NCBI GenBank assembly: GCA_030643485.1 | Contig: DAOWLG010000030.1 | Location: forward strand, 1 to 36,252 | Direction of reading: 5' to 3' | Source: Candidatus Nealsonbacteria bacterium | Lineage (GTDB): Bacteria; Patescibacteriota; Minisyncoccia; Minisyncoccales; JAGMDC01 | DNA length: 36,252 bases | In this document: positions 9,484-18,380 of the stretch, piece by piece | How the letters are laid out: the number at the start of each line of letters is the position of its first letter | Numbering within the stretch: position 1 is the first letter of the stretch | The notes under the pieces: generated by a model | The model's input: only the letters and a program-made list of their open reading frames with translations | Databases searched by the model: none | What the model was told of the DNA's origin: nothing | Made by a program: the position numbers and the translations under genes

Positions 9484-10101
9484 ATGAAAATTCAATCTCA
9501 GGAAATTAAACAATTAAATATTACTGCGGTTTTTACAGAAGTTGATCATACCTCTATCACTCCTGAAAAAATGAGAAAAATTTTTGAATTAACTAAAGAA
9601 GAAAATAAAACAAGCCCCTTTTTAGAGCCATCTCAATTTATAAAAATTTTAGGAATACCTAGTAGACAAAAGGATATTATTATTGAAGGTGAGAGATTAA
9701 GGGTTAATGATAAAGGAGGTAAAAAACCTCAAGATTCAGATCTAATAAGGTATTTTCAAATTGCATTTAGAGAACTTACAAAGAAAGATAAACTTATTGC
9801 TTATGGTTTTAATTATGATATATTAGTAATTTCTGAAAAGAAAGTAGATTTTAAGAAATTTTTAGGAACAAATGTAATCAAAAGCTTGTCGGCCACCTCT
9901 ATCTTAGAGAGCGGATTAAGAGTTTTATCTACTAAAAAGGAAAAACGTTACGATTTACAAATTTCTCCTACAGGCGACCCTAAGAGATTATTATTTCATT
10001 TAAATGTTCATTGTCCGTTTAAAAAAATCGATTTTGAGCAGTTACAAAAGCAATTCAAGGAAAACTATTTAAGCTTGATTAAAATAATTGAAAAAATTTA
10101 A
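9484..10101 (+). CDS. Hypothetical protein, TIGR04255-like alpha/beta family (tentative)
   Basis: 205 aa with a LIAYGFNYD strand and LFHLNVH near the C-terminus; first gene of a tight three-gene operon. Confidence 0.5.
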   Translation: MKIQSQEIKQLNITAVFTEVDHTSITPEKMRKIFELTKEENKTSPFLEPSQFIKILGIPSRQKDIIIEGERLRVNDKGGKKPQDSDLIRYFQIAFRELTKKDKLIAYGFNYDILVISEKKVDFKKFLGTNVIKSLSATSILESGLRVLSTKKEKRYDLQISPTGDPKRLLFHLNVHCPFKKIDFEQLQKQFKENYLSLIKIIEKI

Positions 10102-10108
10102 AGTCGAT

Positions 10109-10642
10109 ATGGACTCCTTAATTTTTCAAACAAAAACATCTGACATAAACAGCAAACAATTTTTTGATACTGATCAGGATTTTTTTGTTGGTCATGGAGG
10201 CATAGAATTACCGTCCGGCGTGCTTCCTGCAGAAGAAATAGATATACAAGGATTACTTTCTCAATATCGAACTTCTGTTGATTTAGAAATTCAATATTTA
10301 AAAAACCAAATTACTTCACTAACAGGAGAAATTATGTTTCAATCACAAATTATCCGAGAGTTACAAGAAAGAAAAATAGTTCCTGTCCAGAATTTACGGT
10401 CTTCAAAATTACACTTAAAAGAACCTCTATATATTTCAGTAGAATGTAGTAATGGGATTTTTGTTGCGTTTTCGGATGATTTAAATTTATATGGTCAAGG
10501 CGAAACCGAGTTAAATGCAATTAGAGATTTTTGTAAAGAAATAGAAAATTTATATTTTGACCTCAAAAAGTCAAAAAATAAACTTGGTAAAGTGATGAAG
10601 GAAAACTGGCAATTTTTTAAAAATATAACAAAAGAAACATGA
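10109..10642 (+). CDS. HicB-like antitoxin with long N-terminal extension
   Basis: C-terminal EPLYISVE...FVAFSDDLNLYGQGETELNAIRDF is a HicB-like fold. ATG 10109 preferred over TTG 10088. Confidence 0.65.
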   Translation: MDSLIFQTKTSDINSKQFFDTDQDFFVGHGGIELPSGVLPAEEIDIQGLLSQYRTSVDLEIQYLKNQITSLTGEIMFQSQIIRELQERKIVPVQNLRSSKLHLKEPLYISVECSNGIFVAFSDDLNLYGQGETELNAIRDFCKEIENLYFDLKKSKNKLGKVMKENWQFFKNITKET

Positions 10643-10929
10643 TGCAATTAAAGAAAAAAGAATTTGCGACTATTGTAAATAAATTAAGAAGAAAATTTGA
10701 AGTAGAGGAAGGACATACGGGACATTGGCAGATAAAATTTTTTTATCAAGGGAAATTTGTTGGCAGAACAAAATGTTCGGAAGGAAAAGGAGACATTCCT
10801 CCAATAATTGTCCAAAGAATGAAAGGTCAATTATACCTTGCTGACGATAAAGAACTCGCAGATTTTAAAAATTGTCCATTAAGTTGTGAAGAGTATATTG
10901 TACTATTAAAGCAAAGAAAATTTATATGA
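10639..10929 (+). CDS. HicA-like toxin
   Basis: Small basic protein with FEVEEGHTGHWQIKF...RTKCSEG..DI pattern; ATGA overlap with the HicB-like gene. Confidence 0.6.
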   Translation: MMQLKKKEFATIVNKLRRKFEVEEGHTGHWQIKFFYQGKFVGRTKCSEGKGDIPPIIVQRMKGQLYLADDKELADFKNCPLSCEEYIVLLKQRKFI

Positions 10930-10931
10930 GT

Positions 10932-10958
10932 GGAATAAATCGGAAGTTGGACTTCCGA
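10932..10958 (+). repeat. Direct repeat family A, copy 2
   Basis: GGAATAAATCGGAAGTTGGACTTCCGA, identical to 3591-3617, 2 nt after the toxin stop. Confidence 0.9.
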
Positions 10959-10993
10959 AAGATTAATTATGTCAAATATTTTTGCTTATCCAC

Positions 10994-11021
10994 TTGACAG
11001 GGTTTCTTTACACGCTATAAT
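10994..11021 (+). promoter_or_regulatory. Consensus sigma70 promoter, near-leaderless
   Basis: TTGACA-16-TATAAT, with ATG 8 nt downstream at 11030. Confidence 0.8.
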
Positions 11022-11029
11022 AGAAGTAT

Positions 11030-11815
11030 ATGGTTATAAATCTACACAAAAAAATTAAATTATTGAGGCGAGAAAACGGTTTCTCGCAGGAGTATATGGC
11101 TAAAGCATTGGGAATGTCCCGCCCTACTTATATGCAAATAGAAACCGGGGAGCGGGAATTAACAATATCCGAAGCAAAAAAGCTTGCCAGTATTTTTGGC
11201 ATGCGATTGGAGGATTTTTTGGCAGGTAAAGATACCGCAAAAGTAGAGGTCGTATTTGAAAAAGGCAAAAGAAAAAAAGAAAAAGAACCGGAAATCAGAA
11301 TAAGCGTGCCTCAGCAGAATTTAAAAAAATTTAAAGAGGTCTTGCTTTATATTTTAGAAAACGTTGGAGCTCGTCCTAATATCGGCGAAACCGCGATTTA
11401 TAAATTGCTGTATTTTATTGATTTTGATTACTACGAGAAATTTGAAGAGCAGTTAATCGGCGCCAAGTATATTAAAAATTATTTTGGTCCAACACCGGTT
11501 GAATTCAAAAAAATAACTGACCAAATGATCGCGAGCAACGAGATTGAAAAAGTAAAAAGCAAGCATTTCCAGTATGAACAAAAAAAATATTTGCCGCGCC
11601 GTTCGGCTAATTTAAAAGTTTTATCAGCTCAAGAAATTCAACACATTGACAAAGTATTGAATCGTTTGGCATGGAAAAACGCCAAAGAATTGAGTGATTA
11701 TTCACACTTAGATACGCCATGGCAGGTTCATGAAGCAGGCGAAGAAATTAGCTACGAATCCGTATTTTATCGCGATAATGATCACTCAGTAAGAAATTAT
11801 GAAGATGAACTTTAA
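11030..11815 (+). CDS. XRE-HTH + DUF4065 (SocA/Panacea) antitoxin
   Basis: SQEYMAKALGMSRPTYMQIETG HTH; YKLLYFID...FGPTP...LSDYSH.DTPW DUF4065 motifs. Confidence 0.88.
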   Translation: MVINLHKKIKLLRRENGFSQEYMAKALGMSRPTYMQIETGERELTISEAKKLASIFGMRLEDFLAGKDTAKVEVVFEKGKRKKEKEPEIRISVPQQNLKKFKEVLLYILENVGARPNIGETAIYKLLYFIDFDYYEKFEEQLIGAKYIKNYFGPTPVEFKKITDQMIASNEIEKVKSKHFQYEQKKYLPRRSANLKVLSAQEIQHIDKVLNRLAWKNAKELSDYSHLDTPWQVHEAGEEISYESVFYRDNDHSVRNYEDEL

Positions 11816-12152
11816 AAATTTCCAGGAATTTGACAAAGATTGTAAAAAATTGTCAAAAAAATTCAAATCTTTGGACGAGGATTTGTCAGAGTTTAAAAAA
11901 GTTCTCAATAAATTTCCATTAGGTATTGGTAAACATTTTAATATTATTAGAAAAACTGGCTCTATATATATTATTAAAGCCAGATTTTTTTGTAAAAGTT
12001 TAAAGAAAAAAGACCTAAGAATTATTTACGCCTATATTAAAAATCATCAAACAGTAGAAATGATCGGCATTGAATTTATTGAAATTTACTTTAAGGGCGA
12101 TAGAGAAAACGAAAACCGCAAAAGGATTAAGAATTATTTGAAAAATTTCTAA
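11799..12152 (+). CDS. RelE/ParE-superfamily toxin
   Basis: EFDKDCKKLSKKF...KAR...LRIIYAY...IEIYFKGDREN; overlaps the antitoxin gene. Confidence 0.75.
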   Translation: MKMNFKNFQEFDKDCKKLSKKFKSLDEDLSEFKKVLNKFPLGIGKHFNIIRKTGSIYIIKARFFCKSLKKKDLRIIYAYIKNHQTVEMIGIEFIEIYFKGDRENENRKRIKNYLKNF

Positions 12153-12162
12153 ATCCTCCCGG

Positions 12163-12191
12163 GGAATAAATCGGAAGAAGGACTTCCGACA
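12163..12191 (+). repeat. Direct repeat family A, copy 3
   Basis: GGAATAAATCGGAAGAAGGACTTCCGACA, 27/29 identical to copy 1, 10 nt after the toxin stop. Confidence 0.9.
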
Positions 12192-12202
12192 TTACTTTTT
12201 TT

Positions 12203-12222
12203 AGAAATAGTGAGTAGCGGGG
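12203..12222 (+). repeat. Direct repeat B, copy 1
   Basis: AGAAATAGTGAGTAGCGGGG, exact copy at 13428-13447. Confidence 0.9.
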
Positions 12223-12335
12223 GAGAGTGTTTTTAAGTTTTTTATAGGGTTGTATTTGATTTTTTTTATCAATTGGCTATAATTGGATATAGTTAATGTA
12301 TCCAATTAATTTACTTGTAGTGAGTATGTCGAATT

Positions 12336-13397
12336 ATGACAAAAAATAATAAATTAGACCAGCGACTCCAGCAGATACCAGCTGAAATCTGGTCAAAAAT
12401 AACAAAGATTGATGAATTAAAGGGGCAGTGGGTTGCCGGGGCGCGATTAAGTCCTCAGGTTTTGGGCCGTCTTAAGCGGTCAGTTTTGATTACTTCAACC
12501 GGCGCTTCTACCCGTATTGAAGGTTCTCGTCTTTCCGACGAGGATGTAGAAAAATTGATGCGCAGTATTGATATTCAAAAATTCACGAACCGCGACAAGC
12601 AGGAAGTAAAAGGCTATTTTGAATTGCTTGAAAATGTTTTTAACTCTTGGAGATCGCTTAAGTTTTCAGAGAGCACTATTAAACATTTTCATAAAGAGCT
12701 TTTGAAATATGTAAAAAAGGATGAACTTCACAGGGGCGAATACAAAAAAACCGAGAACAAAGTTGAAATGATTGACGCGGCCGGTAAGTCCATTGGCGTT
12801 CTTTTTGACACTACGCCAGCATATCTTACTCCCAAAGAAACGCAGGAGTTAGTTGAATGGACTCAACAATCTTTTGCCGAGAAAAAATATCATCCATTTC
12901 TTATTGTGGGCAACTTTCTTGTTGAATTTTTGCAAATCCATCCATTTCAAGATGGTAATGGCCGGCTTAGCCGCGTTTTGACCAATCTGCTTTTACTCAA
13001 AGAAGGGTATTTGTATATGCCTTATATTTCTCATGAGAAGTTAATTGAGGATAACAAGCCGAATTATTATATGGCTTTACGGAGAAGCCAGAAGACTTTT
13101 AAGACCAATCGCGAGAACATTATTCCGTGGCTGGATTTCTTTTTGACTATTTTTTTTAAGCAGTCGCAAATGGCTGTTGAACTTCTGTCTAAGGAAAATA
13201 TAGAAAAACTTTTATCTAAAAAACAATTGGCAGTATGGCAATATTTTCAAGAGATAGAAGAAACTACCACTGGTGAAATTATTAAAAAAACAAAAATTGT
13301 CCGGCCTACTGTAAAGCAAGCACTGGATAGACTTCTACGTTTTAAAAAAGTTGAGCGCATCGGCCTGGGAAGAAGCACAAGATATAGGAAATTATAA
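12336..13397 (+). CDS. Fic family protein with C-terminal winged HTH
   Basis: Catalytic HPFQDGNGRLSR; N-terminal STRIEG inhibitory motif; C-terminal GLGRSTRY wing. Confidence 0.92.
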   Translation: MTKNNKLDQRLQQIPAEIWSKITKIDELKGQWVAGARLSPQVLGRLKRSVLITSTGASTRIEGSRLSDEDVEKLMRSIDIQKFTNRDKQEVKGYFELLENVFNSWRSLKFSESTIKHFHKELLKYVKKDELHRGEYKKTENKVEMIDAAGKSIGVLFDTTPAYLTPKETQELVEWTQQSFAEKKYHPFLIVGNFLVEFLQIHPFQDGNGRLSRVLTNLLLLKEGYLYMPYISHEKLIEDNKPNYYMALRRSQKTFKTNRENIIPWLDFFLTIFFKQSQMAVELLSKENIEKLLSKKQLAVWQYFQEIEETTTGEIIKKTKIVRPTVKQALDRLLRFKKVERIGLGRSTRYRKL

Positions 13398-13427
13398 AAA
13401 TAGAAATAGGAATTAACTTCATTTTTC

Positions 13428-13447
13428 AGAAATAGTGAGTAGCGGGG
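13428..13447 (+). repeat. Direct repeat B, copy 2
   Basis: AGAAATAGTGAGTAGCGGGG; with copy 1 it brackets the fic gene. Confidence 0.9.
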
Positions 13448-13499
13448 TGGGGTATACCAGAAATTTGTCAATGAAGCGGTTTTTTGGTAGAATAACAGA

Positions 13500-14336
13500 A
13501 TGTATGTTATTAATTCAAAAGGAGAAAAGGAGATGTTTTCTTTTCAAAAAGTTTATCGCTCAGCGCGAAGAGCGGGCGCTTCAAACGAGCTGGCAAAAGA
13601 AATCGCAGAAATTATTAAAAGAAACGCTTTTTCCGAAATTAAAACATTAGATATTTTTCAAAGGGTTAGAAAATTGCTTTCAGAAAAAAATTCCAAGTCG
13701 GCTTTAAGATTTTCGCTGAAACAAGCAATGGCAAAATTGGGACCTACTGGCTTTCCATTTGAAAAATATATCGGGGAGGTTTTAAGATCAACCGGCTTTG
13801 AAGTAAAAATCAATCAACATCTACCCGGTTTTTGCATTCCTGATTATGAAATAGATTTCATTGCCAGAAAAGAAGGGTTAATATATGTTGGTGAATGTAA
13901 ATACCGAAATCTTGCTGGCGAAAGAGTGCGTTCAAAAAACGCTCTGTCAAACTATGCCCGATTTTTAGATATTTTGAAAGGTAATTGCTTAAAAGCGGAA
14001 AAACATAAAAATTTTGAGATTAAAACAATGATGGTTACAAACACAAAATTTACAAAAAGAGCAATGAGATATTCTCAATGTATGGGGGTTGAACTTTTAG
14101 GGTGGAACTGCCCAAAAGCTCGTGGACTGGAAAATCTAATAGAAAAACACAAACTTTATCCAATTACTATTTTGCCTTCATTAAAAAAAGAGCTTAAAGA
14201 TATTTTTATTTCAGAGAAAATGATGCTTGTTCAAAATGCCTTAAAGATTAAACCGGAAAAATTTGCCAAAAAATTCAAAATTCCGATAAAAACTTTGTTC
14301 CCCTTAATAAAAGAAGCAAAAATTTTGTTAGGGTAA
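13500..14336 (+). CDS. ATP-cone + PD-(D/E)xK (Mrr-like) endonuclease protein
   Basis: YVINSKGEKEMFS..KV ATP cone; GPTGFPFEKYI, YEIDFIA...ECK, VTNTKFT. Confidence 0.85.
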   Translation: MYVINSKGEKEMFSFQKVYRSARRAGASNELAKEIAEIIKRNAFSEIKTLDIFQRVRKLLSEKNSKSALRFSLKQAMAKLGPTGFPFEKYIGEVLRSTGFEVKINQHLPGFCIPDYEIDFIARKEGLIYVGECKYRNLAGERVRSKNALSNYARFLDILKGNCLKAEKHKNFEIKTMMVTNTKFTKRAMRYSQCMGVELLGWNCPKARGLENLIEKHKLYPITILPSLKKELKDIFISEKMMLVQNALKIKPEKFAKKFKIPIKTLFPLIKEAKILLG

Positions 14337-14386
14337 TGAAACACGCTATGTTGAAAATGTTTAAACTTGAAGTTTAAACAAACAAT

Positions 14387-15454
14387 ATGCCTTTATCAAT
14401 CGGGATTGTTGGCTTGCCAAATGTCGGCAAATCAACTTTATTCCAAGCCATTACTAAAAAACAAGTTGAACGGTCCAACTATCCATTTTGCACAATTGAC
14501 CCTAATGTGGGCGTTATCGCCGTGCCCGACAAGAGAGTGGATAAACTAACGAAATTATTTAATTCACATAAGAAAATTTATACTACAATAGAATTTGTTG
14601 ATATTGCCGGTTTAGTTGAGGGCGCCAATAAAGGAGAAGGTCTGGGTAATAAATTTTTGGCTAACATCAGAGAAGTTGACGCGATAATTTATGTTTTGCG
14701 TTGTTTTAAAAACGAAAAAATTATTAATGCGCAGCCCGGAACAGATATTTTGAAAGATAAGGAAATTTTAGACACAGAAATATCTCTTAAAGATTTAGCA
14801 ACCGTAGAAAAAAGGATTGAAGGACTGCAAAAAGAAATTAAAACAGGAACAAAGGAAATCAGGGAAGAATTAAAGGTTTTAATAAAAGGGCAAGAATTCC
14901 TTGCCCAAGGAGAGATATTGGCTGAAAAATTTTGGGATAAGGAAGAAAAAAAGATACTAAACAGTTTTCAGCTATTAACACTAAAGCCAAGATTATATTT
15001 ATTGAACGGCTCTATTGAGGAAGCGCCAATAAAAATAATAGAAATTTTCAAAAAAAATAACTGTGTATTTTTAATTATTGACATATTGACCGAATTTGAA
15101 GCAACGGATTTTAGTCCAGAGGAAAGAATATCTTTTGGCCTGCCCGAGGAATCAAAAATAAACGATTTGATAAAAGAGTCCTATAAACTGCTTGATTTAA
15201 TAACCTTTTTTACCACTGGACCCGATGAAACGCGCGCATGGACGCTTATCAAGGGGAAAACAGCTCCCCAGGCAGGTGGAGTAATTCATAGTGATTTTGA
15301 AAACAATTTTATTAAAGCAGAAATAATAAATTGGCAAAAACTCACTGACGCTGGAAGCTTTACAACGGTAAGAGAAAAAGGATATATTCGCATTGAAGGA
15401 AAAGAATACATTATACAAGACGGCGATGTAATTGAAATCAAAAGCGGAGCGTAA
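14387..15454 (+). CDS. ychF: Redox-regulated ATPase YchF
   Basis: [51 protein letters not shown]. Confidence 0.97.
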   Translation: MPLSIGIVGLPNVGKSTLFQAITKKQVERSNYPFCTIDPNVGVIAVPDKRVDKLTKLFNSHKKIYTTIEFVDIAGLVEGANKGEGLGNKFLANIREVDAIIYVLRCFKNEKIINAQPGTDILKDKEILDTEISLKDLATVEKRIEGLQKEIKTGTKEIREELKVLIKGQEFLAQGEILAEKFWDKEEKKILNSFQLLTLKPRLYLLNGSIEEAPIKIIEIFKKNNCVFLIIDILTEFEATDFSPEERISFGLPEESKINDLIKESYKLLDLITFFTTGPDETRAWTLIKGKTAPQAGGVIHSDFENNFIKAEIINWQKLTDAGSFTTVREKGYIRIEGKEYIIQDGDVIEIKSGA

Positions 15455-15526
15455 TGCACAAAAGATTGACAAATTTATGAAAATAATTAAGGTAAAAACA
15501 AAGGACAATGAAGTCCATTAGACAGA

Positions 15527-15548
15527 GTTCTTTAACAAAAAGGAGGTA
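15527..15548 (+). promoter_or_regulatory. boxA-like motif plus strong Shine-Dalgarno
   Basis: GTTCTTTAACA followed by AAGGAGGT before the purB ATG; TTGACA at 15466. Confidence 0.5.
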
Positions 15549-15553
15549 ATAAG

Positions 15554-16969
15554 ATGGAAAAAGGAGAAAAAATAGTAAAAGAAAGAGATATATTTGATAG
15601 TATATCGCCTATAGACTACCGCTACTGGGATAAAGAAGTCGCGAAATTTCTTTCAGAAAATGGTTTTACCGAGTATAAACTGCGAGTGGAATTGGCTTTG
15701 ATAAAAACTTTACACAAACGTGGAATATGTAGTAAGGAAGTTGTTGGGGAAGTAGAAAAGGCCTGTGGACAGGTAACGACTTATGAGGTCTATGCCGAAG
15801 AGGGAAGAATTAAGCATGACATTCGCGCTTTAGTGAACTGTATTCAAAATAAAGTGAGCGATAAAGCAAAGCCGTTTATCCATATGACAGCCACTTCGTT
15901 TGATATTTCAGATACTGCTAATGCCGCTCGTTTCAGAGACGTACAAACAGAAATAGTAATCCCGGAACTTATTAAATTGGAACAAATTTTGATAGAAATT
16001 ACCCTAAGAGAAGCGGAAACACTCCAAATCGGAAGAACTCATGGACAGCATGCAGAGCCGATTACTTTTGGTTTTGCAATGGTTGAGTACGTCAGTCGGC
16101 TCGGTGATTGCATCCAATCTCTCAAGAACCTGGTACCGCAAATTATTGGAAAATTTTCAGGAGCAGTAGGGGCATATAACGCTTCCTCACTATTTTTTGA
16201 CGACCCGGAAAAATTTGAAGAAGAAGTACTATCTGAACTTGGACTTAAACCAGCAGAATACTCAACTCAGATAATTCCGCCAGAACCATTAATGAGAATG
16301 CTTTCTGAGTTAATTTCTACTGGCGGTATTTTAGCTAATCTGTCCAGAGATATGCGAAATTTACAGCGGACAGAAATTGGAGAAATCGGTGAAAAATTTC
16401 AGGGAGAACAAGTTGGTTCGTCAACAATGCCGCACAAGAGAAATCCCATTAGTTTTGAAAATGTAGAAAGCATTTGGAAGATATTGATAGGTGATTTAAT
16501 CACAGTATATCTAAACCAGATAAGCGAACACCAGCGAGACCTGACAAACTCAGCAGCAGCGCGGATTTATGGAGAAATAGTGGGATATTTGGTCTCAATA
16601 ACTAAACGATTGACCAAAACGATGAAAAAGCTGAAAATTGATAAGAAAAGTATAGGACGAAACATAGAAATCCAAAAAAAAGTAATTGCCGCAGAACCTT
16701 TATATATCGTTTTAGCCGCCAATGGATACACAAATGCTCACGAGAAAGTGCGTCAATTGACCATCCAAGCCCAACAAGAGAATAAAGACTTGATAGAAAT
16801 CGTCTATGAAGATACGAATTTACGACCATATTTTAATTCAAAAATACCACAAAAGCAAAAGAGGATGATTGTGAATCCGGTGTTCTTTTACACTGGTATT
16901 GCCGCAGAGAAAGCAAAAGAGATAGCCAATCGCTGGGCAGATATACTCGAAATAGAAGTAAAAATTTAG
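15554..16969 (+). CDS. purB: Adenylosuccinate lyase
   Basis: SPIDYRY, KHDI, GRTHGQHAEP, GSSTMPHKRNP, HQRDLTNS. Confidence 0.95.
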   Translation: MEKGEKIVKERDIFDSISPIDYRYWDKEVAKFLSENGFTEYKLRVELALIKTLHKRGICSKEVVGEVEKACGQVTTYEVYAEEGRIKHDIRALVNCIQNKVSDKAKPFIHMTATSFDISDTANAARFRDVQTEIVIPELIKLEQILIEITLREAETLQIGRTHGQHAEPITFGFAMVEYVSRLGDCIQSLKNLVPQIIGKFSGAVGAYNASSLFFDDPEKFEEEVLSELGLKPAEYSTQIIPPEPLMRMLSELISTGGILANLSRDMRNLQRTEIGEIGEKFQGEQVGSSTMPHKRNPISFENVESIWKILIGDLITVYLNQISEHQRDLTNSAAARIYGEIVGYLVSITKRLTKTMKKLKIDKKSIGRNIEIQKKVIAAEPLYIVLAANGYTNAHEKVRQLTIQAQQENKDLIEIVYEDTNLRPYFNSKIPQKQKRMIVNPVFFYTGIAAEKAKEIANRWADILEIEVKI

Positions 16970-16988
16970 GAGGTGAAAAAGAAAAAAA

Positions 16989-17749
16989 ATGGAAAAAATA
17001 GATGAAGGGAAGACAAAAGAAATTTGGCAAACTGAACCTGGGATAGTAAGAATTATCAGCAAACCAATTATCACGGCTGAAGACGGAAAGAAGAAAAATC
17101 CAATGAAAGATAAAGACGAATTGGCAACAACACTACATCAAATATCTTTAAATTGTTTAATCGGCGTGGAATAAAGACACATTTTATCAAACAAGCATCA
17201 AGAACAAGTTTTTACGCTTTAACGTGCGAGATGATTCCAGTTGAGGTAGTAATAAGGAGAATTGGTACTGGCAGTTATCTCAAACGAAACCCAGAAGTTC
17301 AAGACGGCACCGTGTTTGACGAACTAATAGTGGAGTTTTTCTATAAAGACGACGATTTAGACGATCCATTTATAGTAATTATTCCAGGCCGTCGCTGGTT
17401 GCTTTACGACGCGCATAAGCCAATAAACGATTTAGATTTCATTAAAGTAATTCAGCCAAAATTCACTTGGGAAGAAGCAGAGTATATTGAGCAACAAGCA
17501 AAATTGATATTCTCTATTTTAGAGAATGCCTGGCGAGAATTAGGAATTACAATCTGGGACCTCAAAATAGAGTTTGGCAGGCATAACAATGAAATTATAT
17601 TGGCTGATGTGATTGACGCCGACAGTTTCCGAATTAAGGATAAAAATGGGCGGCAGCTAGACAAACAAGCGTACAGAGACGGCGCAGATATGGAAGAGGT
17701 CAAAGATATCTATAAAATAGTGTCTGAATTGACAAACCAATGGAAGTGA
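16989..17749 (+). pseudogene. purC: SAICAR synthetase with a 1-nt frameshift near 17127-17134
   Basis: EGKTK..ITAEDG in ORF 16989 continues as TSNIFKLFNRRGIKTHF, MIPVEVVIRR..GSY, DLKIEFG, LADVIDADSFR, LDKQ.YR in another frame. Confidence 0.88.
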
Positions 17750-17766
17750 TAAAAATAACAAAACAA

Positions 17767-17813
17767 CCGTTTTGGGTCAGATGAAAATCTGAACCTCAAG
17801 GCGGATTTTTTTT
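17767..17813 (+). terminator. Terminator hairpin after purC
   Basis: CCGTTTTGGGTCAGAT-gaaa-ATCTGAACCTCAAGGCGG followed by a T run. Confidence 0.7.
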
Positions 17814-17822
17814 GTCAAACTA

Positions 17823-17851
17823 TTGACATTGTTATGTGTTTAGTGTATGTT
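17823..17851 (+). promoter_or_regulatory. Putative sigma70 promoter of the RRM gene
   Basis: TTGACA-17-TATGTT, implying a ~135-nt 5' UTR. Confidence 0.6.
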
Positions 17852-17991
17852 TAAGGAAACTTAAAAAATCGAGTATTAAGCGCTTAAAACATTGAACGTT
17901 TGGTACTGCGGTCGTGCTCTCTAAATTTTACGTTAGTAAAAAAGTTAGAAGTAGGTCGTTAAGTTAAATTATTAGATAGTTTTCAAAAAAA

Positions 17992-18291
17992 ATGGAAAAA
18001 AAATTATATGTCGGAAGTCTTTCTTACGACACGACTGAAGACACTCTTAAGGATTTGTTCGCTCAAGCTGGAACAGTAGATTCAGTAGCCATTATCATAG
18101 ACAAAATTTCCGGAAGATCAAAAGGATTTGGTTTTGTGGAAATGTCTTCTGAAGATGAAGCAAAGAAAGCGATAGAAATGTTTAACGGAAAGGATTTGGA
18201 CGGAAGAAGTATTGTAGTGAATGAAGCCAAACCAATGGAAAAAAGATCTTTTGGCGGAGGCGGAGGTTCTCGCAACAGATTTGACCGATAA
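17992..18291 (+). CDS. RRM (RNP-1) RNA-binding protein
   Basis: RNP2 KLYVGSL, RNP1 KGFGFVEM, Gly-rich tail. Confidence 0.96.
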   Translation: MEKKLYVGSLSYDTTEDTLKDLFAQAGTVDSVAIIIDKISGRSKGFGFVEMSSEDEAKKAIEMFNGKDLDGRSIVVNEAKPMEKRSFGGGGGSRNRFDR

Positions 18292-18308
18292 AAAAGACAT
18301 CTGAATCA

Positions 18309-18345
18309 AAAAACCCCGCCAGTCAAGGTAACTGGCGGGGTTTTT
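18309..18345 (+). terminator. Bidirectional-type rho-independent terminator
   Basis: AAAAACCCCGCCAGT-caaggta-ACTGGCGGGGTTTTT. Confidence 0.9.
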
Positions 18346-18380
18346 GACTTTTACGCATAAAAAGAATAAAATATAATATT

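Noticed and set aside
10987-10995. DnaA box or origin (TTATCCACT)
   Set aside because: A single 8/9 match overlapping a promoter, with no cluster of boxes.
3591-12191. CRISPR array or classical integron attC sites
   Set aside because: Spacing is kilobases, there is no cas or intI gene, and no RYYYAAC/GTTRRRY cores.
13500-14336. ATP-cone nuclease as a new defence system
   Set aside because: Recognisable known family, lying outside the repeat-bounded cassettes next to ychF.
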